Source of the DNA: a virus
Virus record (IMG/VR): IMGVR_UViG_3300037488_003551
Location: 64,001 to 128,000 of that record
Length of the DNA: 64,000 nucleotides
Strand: one strand, 5' to 3'
Shown here: positions 45,811 to 55,663 of the stretch, piece after piece
Layout: the number at the start of each line of letters is the position of its first letter
Position numbering within the stretch: the first letter of the stretch is position 1
Notes under the pieces: model-generated
What the model saw: the letters and a program-made list of their open reading frames with translations, nothing else
The model's database searches: none
Told to the model about the DNA's origin: nothing
Position numbers and translations under genes: made by a program

Positions 45811-48200
45811 CTGAGGCGACTTCAGCTGTAAACCGTTTCTTTAATTTCTTTATATACGGTACGGCTGACATGCATACGCCTGTGTACTGTTTTGCGGAAA
45901 CCGTAACATCAACGGTTGCGACTAATAACGGATATAATAATGCGACAGCTGCGCGTGCGATTCCATTTCCGGCTCTTTCCGCTTTCAATTTATCTCCAGA
46001 ACTTAAGCCTTTATACCGTTTAATTGTGCGCGCAGACGGGCAGGTTCAGGCCATTACAAGTGCGGATGATTATCGTTTGGTATCGTCATTGCCCCTATCT
46101 GCGGGTATTACAGGTACTACGGCTTCTTCTGTCTCGTTCACGCCCGCGGGGGATATAGCTTCTTCAAACGTGCAGCTTGCGCTCGAGGAGCTCGACGCGG
46201 AGAAGGCTGCTCTTTCAGCTATTCCTGCGTTCGAGGCCTCTACGGCGAACATTCTCATGGACGGTACGGTCAGCGTGGGCGACACAACAGTCGTCCCTAG
46301 GTCGAACCACCGACATCCTACGGATACGACGCGCCTCGCGGCCACGCGCGGCAATTGGAAAGCTTTTCACAGTAATGGATCGGGTGTGTTTTCTGAAATA
46401 GCGCTCGGCGCAGCTGGCACAGTGCTCAAGGGCAATGGAGTTGCAGCGGCACCTTCTTTTGGTGCTGTGGGTGCGGTGTTCCCCGTTTTCAACGTTAAAG
46501 ACTACGGCGCGATTGGTAACGGGGTGGCGGATGATACGACGGCAATTCGCAATACACTCACTGCGGTGGGGGCGTCGGGTGAGCGTGGTTCGACTGTTTA
46601 TTTCCCCGGTGGCATTTATGTGACCACAGGTACTATCACGGTGAACGACACCGCGTTGACCTTCCGTGGCCCAGGTATGGGCGCGGCCTTGATCAACCCG
46701 ACGAGCACGAACATTCCGGTCTTCCAGCTCACGGCCGGCAACGAGTTCATCACGTTCCGCGATCTGGATATTGGAACCATCACAGCACAGGTCGCGGGCT
46801 CGAGCTTCATCGACACCAACGGCGCGCATAACGTGCTGATCGACCGCGTCAATATGTTCGGCTGGTTCTATGGCATCTACATCCGCGGCGCGTCCGGCAA
46901 GGTCACTGTGAGCAACGTTCAGCTCAAGGACGGCGTGGCGACTACCGGGGTGGGCGTCTACATCGACAACAGCACGGCGACGGACGTGAACCTTGGCCCG
47001 TGGGTCATGGTGACAAACGCGACCGGCGCAAAGCCTTTGGCGGGGGTCCTGATCAAGGCCTGCGGCGGGTTCAGCCTGAACAACGTCACGGTTAATAACA
47101 CGACGCATGGCATTCAACTTTATCCAAGCAGTGGCGCCTTAGTGCAATACGGGCGTATAACGGACTGCGTCTTCGACCTTACTGGGACAAATGGTGCCTA
47201 CATTTACACGCCGACACAGGCGTCTCCAGGTCAGGTGCGCAGCATCAAGTTCATCGGATGCTTATTCAGTAATGCCAATGTGGCTGGCATCGGCTACGGC
47301 GTCACGTTGGAAGGCGCGAGTAATGGCGTGATGGATGATGTGTCGTTTGATTCCTGCCGCATCTTTGGGAACGGCCGGCACGGCATCAACTATCTATTCG
47401 GCAGCAACATCCGCGTCAATGGCTCGACGATCTCGGGCAATTCGGCTGCGTCTTCTAATACATATGATGGTATCTCTGTTGCGGCTAATCTTTCAGACTT
47501 TGAAATCTTAAGTAATCGCATTGGCCAGTCGGGACCAGCTGCTAATACGCAACGTTATGCGGTCAATATTGCCGCGGGCACCTCGGACCGTTATCAGATT
47601 GTGGGTAACGATGTCGGGTTGAACAATACTGCGCCGTACATCCTCGACGGCGGCACAGGCGTCTTCAAACGCATTCTGCAGAACGGCAACGCGATGCCAA
47701 TCTCGCATATGCCCGCGCTGTCTGCGGCCGTGCAATCTCTTTCGGTTGCAGCCAATCTTTTAACGGGTTCTCGTATAAGTCTTCCAGTGAACAGTTTGCT
47801 CGTGGGTACGCGGTTCTGTTGGGAGATCGTATTGACCAAGACGGCGGCGGGCACGGCGACGTGGGAACTCCAGGTGAAGTTTGGTGTCAATGGAACGACT
47901 GCAGACGCGGCCATCGCCTCGTGGACAAGCGGTACTAACACGGCGGCTATTGACCAGTGCCGCTTGCGAATTGTGTGCGACATCCTCACGCTGGGGGCCT
48001 CGGCTACGGCACGATGCAACGCGTTTTATTGTCAGACGTTGACGAGTGTGACCGGGCTCGGTCGTATTAATGGTGCGCCGAGCTCTACGGCAACGTTCAA
48101 CTCGGCATCGAGTCCGGCCTTTATTCACATCGGTGTGACGCCTGGCACGAGTGCTGTCATGACGTCGATGTGCGAAGCGCAGATTATCGGCGCTGGCTGA
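45801..48200 (+). CDS. Tail spike with pectate-lyase-3-like beta helix; N-terminus apparently missing
   Basis: FNVKDYGAIGNGVADDTTAI...VYFPGG.Y motif; frame open from 45678 but natural-looking sequence starts near 45801 with no RBS/ATG. Confidence 0.7.
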   Translation, partial: YALTEATSAVNRFFNFFIYGTADMHTPVYCFAETVTSTVATNNGYNNATAARAIPFPALSAFNLSPELKPLYRLIVRADGQVQAITSADDYRLVSSLPLSAGITGTTASSVSFTPAGDIASSNVQLALEELDAEKAALSAIPAFEASTANILMDGTVSVGDTTVVPRSNHRHPTDTTRLAATRGNWKAFHSNGSGVFSEIALGAAGTVLKGNGVAAAPSFGAVGAVFPVFNVKDYGAIGNGVADDTTAIRNTLTAVGASGERGSTVYFPGGIYVTTGTITVNDTALTFRGPGMGAALINPTSTNIPVFQLTAGNEFITFRDLDIGTITAQVAGSSFIDTNGAHNVLIDRVNMFGWFYGIYIRGASGKVTVSNVQLKDGVATTGVGVYIDNSTATDVNLGPWVMVTNATGAKPLAGVLIKACGGFSLNNVTVNNTTHGIQLYPSSGALVQYGRITDCVFDLTGTNGAYIYTPTQASPGQVRSIKFIGCLFSNANVAGIGYGVTLEGASNGVMDDVSFDSCRIFGNGRHGINYLFGSNIRVNGSTISGNSAASSNTYDGISVAANLSDFEILSNRIGQSGPAANTQRYAVNIAAGTSDRYQIVGNDVGLNNTAPYILDGGTGVFKRILQNGNAMPISHMPALSAAVQSLSVAANLLTGSRISLPVNSLLVGTRFCWEIVLTKTAAGTATWELQVKFGVNGTTADAAIASWTSGTNTAAIDQCRLRIVCDILTLGASATARCNAFYCQTLTSVTGLGRINGAPSSTATFNSASSPAFIHIGVTPGTSAVMTSMCEAQIIGAG

Positions 48201-48255
48201 TCCTATAAAGCTGGAGATTAGATGGGGGGATGGGGGAGTTAGAGGAGAACTAACT

Positions 48256-50088
48256 TCAGATTTGGCGTCCGATTACGAACACATCAATTTCGAGTGTGCC
48301 CGCGCCGGTCTCGGCGGTCTCCACGTTGACGTACAGCGTGGCGTTGCCAGCCACGGGGACTGCGTGTGCGGGGAGAGGGAACATGCGTGCGGTATCGACA
48401 GCACCGATGCTTGTGAGGGCGATGGCGGCTGCGATTTGCGCGCCGTCCGCGGCGGTACCGATGTTGATGGTTCCATCGGCATTGACTGCGCCTACGTTCA
48501 CCGAGCTCTTGATCATGACGTGCGTGGCGAGGAAGCGTTTTCCTACCAGACCGTTCAGAGCTCCGCTGTGCTCGTGTTCATCGGTCTTCATGTCGAGACC
48601 AGTGACGCTCATGAAGACGTGGTCGTCTGCGATGGCGGCCAAGGTGGTCGCTTGAGCTGCCGTCATGAAGCCCGAGCTCACGCCCGCGACCACGTCGGAA
48701 TGCAGTGTCCCACCGAGCTGATTCCCGTGCGCGTGCACGTGATCATCGGGAGAGGGAACGATGCTTGTTCCGGCTGCTGCGACACCAACGGCGGCGGCAG
48801 TGGCCGCGGAAGCAACGGGCACTGCTCTGGCGAGGGTTTTCCAGCGACCTACCGCGACGCACTGGAATGTCACGCTGGCGTAGTTCTTATTGATGGCGAT
48901 GGGAGCGTTCACACCATCGATGGTGTCCGTTGCGTTCGGTGTGATGGTAATGGCATTGGCGCCAGCTCCACCTGTGACGTCGCTGACGGTGATTTTTCGT
49001 CCAGCCATAATGGCGGTCGCGGCCGGAAGTGCCATCGCAGAGGGGCCAGCGATGGTTGCGGTGTCGACGAAGTTCACTGAGTCGCCCGCGGGAACCACGA
49101 TGGGAGTGACGGATGCAACCTGAACGGTTTCTTTGTCCCCGAGGGTTGCCCAGGTGGCGCCGGTCCAGACGATGACATCGCCGGCTTGGAAGGTGAGGCC
49201 GGTGTTGGTGTAGGTCGCGCCTGCGTTGTCGACGGTGTAGGCGGTGACCCGATAGGTGTAACCGCGCTTGACGAGAGCGACGAGGGGGAAGTCTGTTGAG
49301 AGGGCAATGGTTCCCATCTCGAGCATGGCGTTTGCGTTGCTGAGAACGACCCAGCCCGAGGTGCGCCAGACGATCATGTCGCCGAGGAGGAAAGCTTGTC
49401 CGGTATTCGTCTTGGTGGCGTCGTTGTCGGTGACTGCCGCGGTGCAGTAATAGGCGTAGCCGTCACGAACGCCTGTGGTGGCGGTAGCGACTGGGGGTGG
49501 GAAGTCCGAGGCGATTGCGATGCTGCCCTTGAGTTGGAAGGGTCCGGTGAGTGTTTTGCCTAGGCGTACCCAGGTAGAACCATCCCACACGATTTCTTCG
49601 CTAGGCGTAAAAACAAGACCTGTATTCGTGTAGGTCGCGCCCGCGTTGTCCGTCACGTCTGCGGTGATGGTGTAGAGCCATCCGGACAGAACGTTGGCGA
49701 TAAGTGGAAAGCTGGTGTTTACAGCGATAGAGCCCTTATAGAGGAAGGGACTGGGCATCGCTGTAATTGAGAGCTGCAGCGCCGTGATGTCTTTTCGGAA
49801 AGAATTGAGCAGTGCCCAATCCGACCGATTGTAAGTCGTGTTGGGACCAGAGGTGCTGTCTGTTCCGGTTGGAGTCACCTCGATAAGCGCGACGGTGCAG
49901 AGACCAGCCGCTCGATAGGCCTCGATTTTGGTGCTGATTCGATGCCAGATATCCCAGTCGCACGTGAAGGTCTTCGACCCGTTTGCGGGGACGGTCTTAG
50001 AGAAGATTCCGTGAACGGGATGAGGGTCCTGAATAACCAGTGGACCGCCCAGGGAAGTAATGGTAACGGATAACTGCATGCGTTTCAT
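48256..50088 (-). CDS. Fibre/decoration-like repeat protein on the opposite strand
   Basis: Three ~65-aa repeats KGSIA...DFP...G..Y..TA.VTDN....TNTG..F...D.IVW; AAAGG RBS. Confidence 0.7.
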   Translation of the reverse strand: MKRMQLSVTITSLGGPLVIQDPHPVHGIFSKTVPANGSKTFTCDWDIWHRISTKIEAYRAAGLCTVALIEVTPTGTDSTSGPNTTYNRSDWALLNSFRKDITALQLSITAMPSPFLYKGSIAVNTSFPLIANVLSGWLYTITADVTDNAGATYTNTGLVFTPSEEIVWDGSTWVRLGKTLTGPFQLKGSIAIASDFPPPVATATTGVRDGYAYYCTAAVTDNDATKTNTGQAFLLGDMIVWRTSGWVVLSNANAMLEMGTIALSTDFPLVALVKRGYTYRVTAYTVDNAGATYTNTGLTFQAGDVIVWTGATWATLGDKETVQVASVTPIVVPAGDSVNFVDTATIAGPSAMALPAATAIMAGRKITVSDVTGGAGANAITITPNATDTIDGVNAPIAINKNYASVTFQCVAVGRWKTLARAVPVASAATAAAVGVAAAGTSIVPSPDDHVHAHGNQLGGTLHSDVVAGVSSGFMTAAQATTLAAIADDHVFMSVTGLDMKTDEHEHSGALNGLVGKRFLATHVMIKSSVNVGAVNADGTINIGTAADGAQIAAAIALTSIGAVDTARMFPLPAHAVPVAGNATLYVNVETAETGAGTLEIDVFVIGRQI

Positions 50089-50174
50089 CCTTTGTTGCAG
50101 GGGCGGCCATTGGCCCCACCTTGTTGCTTCATTCCTCCAAAATATACTATCATTTGCAAGAAGCGAGGTGTCAT

Positions 50175-50750
50175 ATGCGAGTTACCTATGCGGGCGAAGC
50201 AGTAGTTGACCAATTTTCGGTGTGGAATGAAGCTGGAACTGCCAAAGTCTCTGGGCTCGTGACTTTTACGAAGCTCTCCTGGAAAAATGCAGTATCGCAG
50301 GTGATGACAATTGCCATTACGGAAATTGGAACTACTCCGGGCGAGTACATGATGGTTTTTACGCCTCCTTCAACGGGTTTCTGGAAAGTGGAGGTGACCG
50401 AGCCTTCATCTGGAGACGTTTTTACGAGTTTTTACGATGTGCAGTTGCGACCATATCGTTTGAGGATGTCCGCAGTCGATAATCGCACAAACGTCCGTTT
50501 CGCTATTTGGGCTGAAAATGAAGATGGTACACGTGCGAATGGATTCACGACGGTCAGCGCCTCTATCCTCGAACCAGACGGTACGCTAGTGGATAATATG
50601 GGGTCTGCGACTCCTACGAGTGACGGTGTATCTATATTCCTAGCGGATAGCACGGACGTGCCCTCGGGCGCGGAGTATATCGTCAAGGTTATTGGTACGC
50701 AGGGAGCTCTAACCTGGACGTATAACATCGGTTTTGCGAAGGTAGCATAG
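50175..50750 (+). CDS. Putative Ig-like structural protein
   Basis: GAGGTG RBS; EIGTTPGEY..FTP...G.W. Confidence 0.65.
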   Translation: MRVTYAGEAVVDQFSVWNEAGTAKVSGLVTFTKLSWKNAVSQVMTIAITEIGTTPGEYMMVFTPPSTGFWKVEVTEPSSGDVFTSFYDVQLRPYRLRMSAVDNRTNVRFAIWAENEDGTRANGFTTVSASILEPDGTLVDNMGSATPTSDGVSIFLADSTDVPSGAEYIVKVIGTQGALTWTYNIGFAKVA

Positions 50751-50758
50751 AAGGGCAA

Positions 50759-50938
50759 ATGCCCAAATTCCTAACAGCCCAGCAGCTATTTGAAGTCCTC
50801 CGAGTTCTTCCGGAAGAAGACCGCAAGCGGATGCGTGTCGTTGTCTCGGACGTAAACGATGAGCGGTCGGAAATTGATGATTATTTTCTTTGTATAAACC
50901 GAATTATTTTACACGTAAAACATTCTTTTAACAGCTAG
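50759..50938 (+). CDS. 59-aa hypothetical protein
   Basis: AAGGG RBS; MPKFLTAQQLFEVL... Confidence 0.5.
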   Translation: MPKFLTAQQLFEVLRVLPEEDRKRMRVVVSDVNDERSEIDDYFLCINRIILHVKHSFNS

Positions 50939-50965
50939 AAAATTCCCTTTAAATCGTGGTACAAG
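50939..50965 (+). promoter_or_regulatory. AAAAT-N13-TGGTACAAG promoter motif
   Basis: Upstream of DHH gene. Confidence 0.5.
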
Positions 50966-51022
50966 AAGACGATCCACAAGGTGTGGTTCATTGATTTTTT
51001 GTTATCCCATCAAGGAGGGAAG

Positions 51023-51991
51023 ATGACGCTTCGCATCCTGCACCACAACGATCCGGATGGTTATGCTTCGGCTTATATTGTTTTTGATTTTGCTCTGAAA
51101 TCTGAGCTCGTGAATCTTGTTTCCGAGATTAAATTCCATTCGATGGCTTATGGGCAGCCTGTTCCGGTTGAGATTGATTATTCTCAAGACCGTGTAATCA
51201 TGGTCGATTTTTCCCTGCAGCCACTCCGTGCCATGGAAGAATTCGCGGCTCGATTTCCAGTAGGGCAATTCATTTGGATTGACCATCACCAGACCTCGAT
51301 TGACATGGAAGAGCTTTCTTCTTTTGGGTTGAAAGACATCCCAGGCATACGAGAGGTTTCGGATAAGAAGGGCAGACCTACCGCAGCCTGTGAGCTCACG
51401 TGGCAGTTCTTTTTTCCAGGAGAAGATTTGCCTCCAGGAATCGAAATGCTAGGGGGATGGGATACTTGGAGATACGTCAAAGAGGAAGATTCTCGTTCCA
51501 AGTTCTTTATCCAGTACTGCAATTCTATAAACTGCACACCGTATTCACAAGAAGGTCAAACATTTTGGGAGAATATTTTACTCGCTAACGACAACCCTCA
51601 CGATTGGCTTTATGAGAATGTTTTAAGGGAAGGTGAGGCTATTGACCGTTTTCGTACGAATGACAACGTGAAGCGCATCAAGGGCTCGGGTTTTGCAGGA
51701 AAGTTTGGTGGGTACTCAGCTATCATGGTAAACGACGCGGGAGGGTCTCTTCTTTTCGAAGGGTTCAAGCCGGCGCCGTCTGAAGTGGATTTGATGGTGG
51801 CGTTCAAGTTCACAAAGAACGGGTATTTCACTGTGAGCTTGTACAGCGTGCAGGAGCACATCGACTGTGGAGCCATCGCGAAGAAGCTCGGGGAAGCGGG
51901 TCCTATCCCTTCTGGTGGTGGTCACAAGGGCGCGGCTGGGTTTCAGTGTAATTGGTCGTATTTAGAGTCTATCATCGAAAGGAATGTGTGA
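51023..51991 (+). CDS. DHH/DHHA1 family phosphoesterase (NrnB/oligoribonuclease-like)
   Basis: HHNDPDG, VDFS, IDHH, GGGHKGAAGF. Confidence 0.9.
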   Translation: MTLRILHHNDPDGYASAYIVFDFALKSELVNLVSEIKFHSMAYGQPVPVEIDYSQDRVIMVDFSLQPLRAMEEFAARFPVGQFIWIDHHQTSIDMEELSSFGLKDIPGIREVSDKKGRPTAACELTWQFFFPGEDLPPGIEMLGGWDTWRYVKEEDSRSKFFIQYCNSINCTPYSQEGQTFWENILLANDNPHDWLYENVLREGEAIDRFRTNDNVKRIKGSGFAGKFGGYSAIMVNDAGGSLLFEGFKPAPSEVDLMVAFKFTKNGYFTVSLYSVQEHIDCGAIAKKLGEAGPIPSGGGHKGAAGFQCNWSYLESIIERNV

Positions 51992-51993
51992 GG

Positions 51994-52341
51994 ATGTCAA
52001 GAGTTAAGATTAAACCAAAAGCATCAGTACGTAGTGTGACGCGCGACGCCGAGAAGTACCTCGAGGAGCTCCAGGGGATTAACGAGCGCCTGAAACAGGC
52101 TAACAACCAGCTCGCGCAAGCGCACGTGGCCATGCACGGGTGGGTGAAGGTCTTGGAGGAGCGAGTGGTGAAGCTAGAGGCGCACCTGGGCCTCCTTCCG
52201 AAGCCGGAAGTTCTTGCTGAGCCAGTTGCGGGTGAGGCTCTTGAAGGGCCACGCGTAGAAGTAAGCGCGCCCGGAGAGACCCTGGACGTAGTCCTCTATA
52301 CACCCGGCATAATCCAAACCCAGGCCGTCGATAGCCAGTAG
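51994..52341 (+). CDS. Coiled-coil hypothetical protein
   Basis: 115 aa; overlaps the convergent gene end. Confidence 0.5.
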   Translation: MSRVKIKPKASVRSVTRDAEKYLEELQGINERLKQANNQLAQAHVAMHGWVKVLEERVVKLEAHLGLLPKPEVLAEPVAGEALEGPRVEVSAPGETLDVVLYTPGIIQTQAVDSQ

Positions 52342-52713
52342 TTCTTCGAGAACGGCATTTCTTTCTACGCGATATCTCCCGTAAGCAAAGAGGATGGGGA
52401 AGGGAAGAAAGAGGTAGATAATTAATCCAAATACGAGGCCGAAGCGTTTGAAGAACTTTAGGTGTTCGGCCTCGTGTTTGAGCGTAACATAGGTAGTTTC
52501 CAGAGGTGTTTCGTTGTAATCCCAATTGCTAGGCATGTAGATGAGTTTACCTAGAGTGCTTGCACGTTTTAAAAAGTTATTATCACTGCTAGAGGTTAGG
52601 TCATTCCAGATATCGTTTATAACGTGGCACCAACCATTTATATTTTTCTTTCGTACGACGCCTGCATCGATGAGCTTGTCACAAAAATTACGCATAACTT
52701 CTTTGGAGACCAT
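52174..52713 (-). CDS. Membrane HExxH metallopeptidase-like protein
   Basis: TLKHEAEH followed by TM segment and R...E..A; AAGGAG RBS. Confidence 0.7.
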   Translation of the reverse strand: MVSKEVMRNFCDKLIDAGVVRKKNINGWCHVINDIWNDLTSSSDNNFLKRASTLGKLIYMPSNWDYNETPLETTYVTLKHEAEHLKFFKRFGLVFGLIIYLFLPFPILFAYGRYRVERNAVLEELLAIDGLGLDYAGCIEDYVQGLSGRAYFYAWPFKSLTRNWLSKNFRLRKEAQVRL

Positions 52714-52914
52714 TCCGAGCTCCTTTTGAACGTGATAGGGTGCCGTGTGTAAAGTTTAGGACGAATAGGAGATGTGTCGATGTTTGGGAAGAGTGGGACG
52801 ACCTATGAAGCTACTTTTGATGTGGTAAATCCGCAATTCTGAATGAATTAATTCGGGAGGCCTTTGGAAATGTCAAAGATGAGCCCAAGAATGAGCCGCA
52901 TAATGGAGGACCGT

Positions 52915-53352
52915 ATGTTGAAAAAGATATACCTAACGGATAGTTTACAGCTACAAAATATTGTTAAGCCTGCAGACGGGCAAGAGGCGGTCATGTATAT
53001 CGTGAGTTCAATAACGGGTGCTTTTGCCTGTAGCTTGTTAGGTGCGGTGGTATGGGATTCGCATATACATGCTCCTGAAATCGCGACGGTTATTTCTACC
53101 GTTTCGAAACAGAATGTCTCGTCGAGAAAGAAACCCCTTCCTCTTCTCAAAGAAGGTGAAGGATATTTATCCGTTACAGCTAAACCCGAGTCGGACCCGG
53201 AGGCTCCATTGGAAGTGGACTGGCATTTAGTCGTACTGGCCTACGCGGAGATGCCCGACAGCAAGACTGAGGAAGAAGATGAAGAGTCCTTATTGGATTG
53301 TTCGTCGTGTGAGAGCGCGTCTCGGTGTTTTAAGTCGGATATTGAGGCGTAG
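52915..53352 (+). CDS. Hypothetical protein
   Basis: GGAGG RBS before MLKKIY; CSSC...C tail. Confidence 0.5.
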   Translation: MLKKIYLTDSLQLQNIVKPADGQEAVMYIVSSITGAFACSLLGAVVWDSHIHAPEIATVISTVSKQNVSSRKKPLPLLKEGEGYLSVTAKPESDPEAPLEVDWHLVVLAYAEMPDSKTEEEDEESLLDCSSCESASRCFKSDIEA

Positions 53353-53376
53353 AAAGGTTGGCACAAGTATCTTTAG

Positions 53377-53739
53377 CTAAATTCCAGGAGTCTCTTCTTT
53401 TTTAGGAGAGGCTTCTTTTTTGCCCAGGCCGATATCTCTCAGCATCTGCGTCTTCAGTTCGTCCGTGATATTTCCTCCGAGGAGCGCCATCCCGCGCGTG
53501 TAGATGTCTTGCTTGGCCTGCGTCGAGTTGAAGGCCAGGGCGATGGAGGCCATCGAGAAAATGGTCACGACGAGGACGGCGGCGTGTGCCCATTCGAGCG
53601 TGCGCGTGACGTAGAGGATGTAGATGATGATAGCGAAAAAAAAGATTTCCATGAGCAAGAAAGCGAGGAACTTCTTGCTACGGTGCCAGGCCTTCTCGAG
53701 TACGTCGAGAATAGATTTGGTTTCATGGGGTGACATCAA
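53377..53739 (-). CDS. Two-TM membrane protein (holin candidate)
   Basis: Two hydrophobic helices, charged C-tail; same strand as the transglycosylase. Confidence 0.55.
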   Translation of the reverse strand: MMSPHETKSILDVLEKAWHRSKKFLAFLLMEIFFFAIIIYILYVTRTLEWAHAAVLVVTIFSMASIALAFNSTQAKQDIYTRGMALLGGNITDELKTQMLRDIGLGKKEASPKKEETPGI

Positions 53740-54356
53740 ACACCTCGTATTGTTTTCTCTTCTTGTGATTTAGGCGCCAGGAGGTCCTTGAGGCTATTCA
53801 CGGGAATGCACTCGGCGCACTTGGGTTCGATGAGCTCGATGCTCTCTTCCTTCTCATTTAGCCGATAGGAGCGCTCCTTGAGGTTCAGGCCGTACTTGAC
53901 CGCGGCCTTTTGGAAGCGGTCGTGCTCGAGCTGGTTGTAGTTCAGCTCTAGCTGCTGGAGCTGCGCGCTCAGACTTGATGCTTCGAGAGCCATGCCCTCG
54001 AGCTGTTGTGTCATGGCCACGAGCTCTTCATCGTCCTGGAAGCGCACGGCTGTCCGGACGCTGAGGTTGTTCGAACAGTGGATGTCCGCCATGATGCAGG
54101 CCTTCGTGCCGGCCGTGAGACGGTCTACCTCCTCCACGTTGCGCCTGTCGAGTTCCTGGCGCAGGGCAAGGTCCAGTTGCTTCGTGAGAGTAACCATGGG
54201 GCAGCTGTGGAGCTGCTGAAGGATGGCGGTCCCCTCCTTGGTAGGAGGGAGCGGGTTGAGCTTGGTTCTGTCGATAGCAGTGCGCTTCTCCGGGGGCACG
54301 CGCTGCGCGTGATGGAGCTGTCCCAATTGCATGCGGCGTTCGAGGTCTGGGTGCAT
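53736..54356 (-). CDS. Hypothetical coiled-coil protein
   Basis: AAAGGA RBS; 206 aa. Confidence 0.7.
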   Translation of the reverse strand: MHPDLERRMQLGQLHHAQRVPPEKRTAIDRTKLNPLPPTKEGTAILQQLHSCPMVTLTKQLDLALRQELDRRNVEEVDRLTAGTKACIMADIHCSNNLSVRTAVRFQDDEELVAMTQQLEGMALEASSLSAQLQQLELNYNQLEHDRFQKAAVKYGLNLKERSYRLNEKEESIELIEPKCAECIPVNSLKDLLAPKSQEEKTIRGV

Positions 54357-54369
54357 TTGAAAATCCTTT

Positions 54370-54777
54370 CTAATCTCGGTTTTTTAGAGTTGCCATTCGG
54401 TACATCATGATTCGGTTGGGACAGGAAAAGGCAGACTGCGTGTCGATTACGCAAAAGTTTTTATTGAGAGATATGTTAGAGGGAGATGTATGTGTCGTAG
54501 CTGTCTTAAATCCAAAGCCTTCGTAAAAGACTACTGCGTCTAGTATCCAATCCTCAATAACGACACTTATTATCGTTGGGAGTGGTTCTACGCAGGTAAT
54601 ATCTACTAGTTGCCAATAATGTTGAGATGTCGGCATTCGCATGAGAGAGGCAGCGCGCCCAATTAACGTGCGATCCTCTCGGTGGATTAAAATTCGCCTC
54701 TCAATCCCATCTGCGAGTTCATTTTCCTGTTTTTGAATGAGTCCGGGAATGGGCTCGAAAGGAAAATCATCATCCAT
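54370..54777 (-). CDS. Divergent GNAT-fold protein
   Basis: V.E....AV.FYEGFGF motif. Confidence 0.45.
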   Translation of the reverse strand: MDDDFPFEPIPGLIQKQENELADGIERRILIHREDRTLIGRAASLMRMPTSQHYWQLVDITCVEPLPTIISVVIEDWILDAVVFYEGFGFKTATTHTSPSNISLNKNFCVIDTQSAFSCPNRIMMYRMATLKNRD

Positions 54778-55423
54778 GATTCGGCTCCGGGATAATGGAG
54801 TTCAAATGCTGCTCCATCCGAGAGAGGATATTGAATACTTGAGCTGCTAATTGGTCCATGCTCCCATCGTTATACAGGGTGTGTTCGATGTGTTCAAGAG
54901 GGATAAGACTTTGAGACGTTTCACTCGAGTGTTGTCTCTGTTTTTCGGACATATCTGCCGATGTCTTGGGATTTTCTTTTGTTATTCTGATTACGTGTCC
55001 TCCGGGGATGGCTGCAATTGCTTCTGCCTCGTTTGGAAAGCGAATATCGCCAATAGCTATACGAGGTGGATGCATTTGAGTGGTGAGAGCCTCCACAAGG
55101 CCGAGGGGGTCGAGGCCGGTTGTTACGTAAGTGTTGAGCCTGTGCATAAAAAGTCGCACCCAGATATCGGGGTCATAGGTTCTTGCAAAATCTGTTCCTA
55201 GGTGCTGCATCATCGCTCTAAAATGAGCATTCTTTTTTTCACTAGGTCCAAACAAAACGTCGAATGGGATATCGAACCACCTATGAAGTGTCAGCTTTAG
55301 GTCGTCTGCGAAATTGAAGTTTACGAATCCGTAGCGATATTCGAGAATTTGAGCAACAGTTGATTTGCCTACGCCCGCGCTACCGACGATACCTACGACA
55401 GTACAGTTATTCAGAGAATACAT
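54770..55423 (-). CDS. Deoxynucleoside monophosphate kinase (T4 gp1-like)
   Basis: GIVGSAGVGKST; FADDLK; R.MMQ.LGTD.AR; DIRFPNEA; HSSE. Confidence 0.9.
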   Translation of the reverse strand: MYSLNNCTVVGIVGSAGVGKSTVAQILEYRYGFVNFNFADDLKLTLHRWFDIPFDVLFGPSEKKNAHFRAMMQHLGTDFARTYDPDIWVRLFMHRLNTYVTTGLDPLGLVEALTTQMHPPRIAIGDIRFPNEAEAIAAIPGGHVIRITKENPKTSADMSEKQRQHSSETSQSLIPLEHIEHTLYNDGSMDQLAAQVFNILSRMEQHLNSIIPEPNHG

Positions 55424-55470
55424 GTGCACCTGCTTTTGTGATACAGAGAGTCTAGCATATCTCTAGGACC

Positions 55471-55653
55471 AAAAAAAGAGCCCTCGCTCTTCTTCCACCC
55501 TGAGAGTTATTCGGCCAGAGAGCTCGGGTCGAGAAGCCGCACGGCGGCGAGGACCGAGCTATCGGTTGAACACTCTAAACACTATTGAACGTTTTAATAC
55601 TGCTGTAACAGCAGCTTGCGTTTTAAAAACGCTGCGTGGAAGAAGAGGAGGGC
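55471..55653. ncRNA. Candidate ~175-nt multibranch structured RNA
   Basis: 18-bp closing stem 55480-55498/55636-55653 enclosing one long and three short hairpins. Confidence 0.55.
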
Positions 55654-55663
55654 ACAAGGACTT

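Noticed and set aside
46215-49080. Long antisense ORFs 46215..47117 (-) and 48262..49080 (+)
   Set aside because: Shadows of GC-rich fibre genes; no RBS or motifs
55471-55653. 6S RNA or hammerhead ribozyme
   Set aside because: Junction is strongly asymmetric rather than a central bubble; no complete CUGANGA/GAAA core
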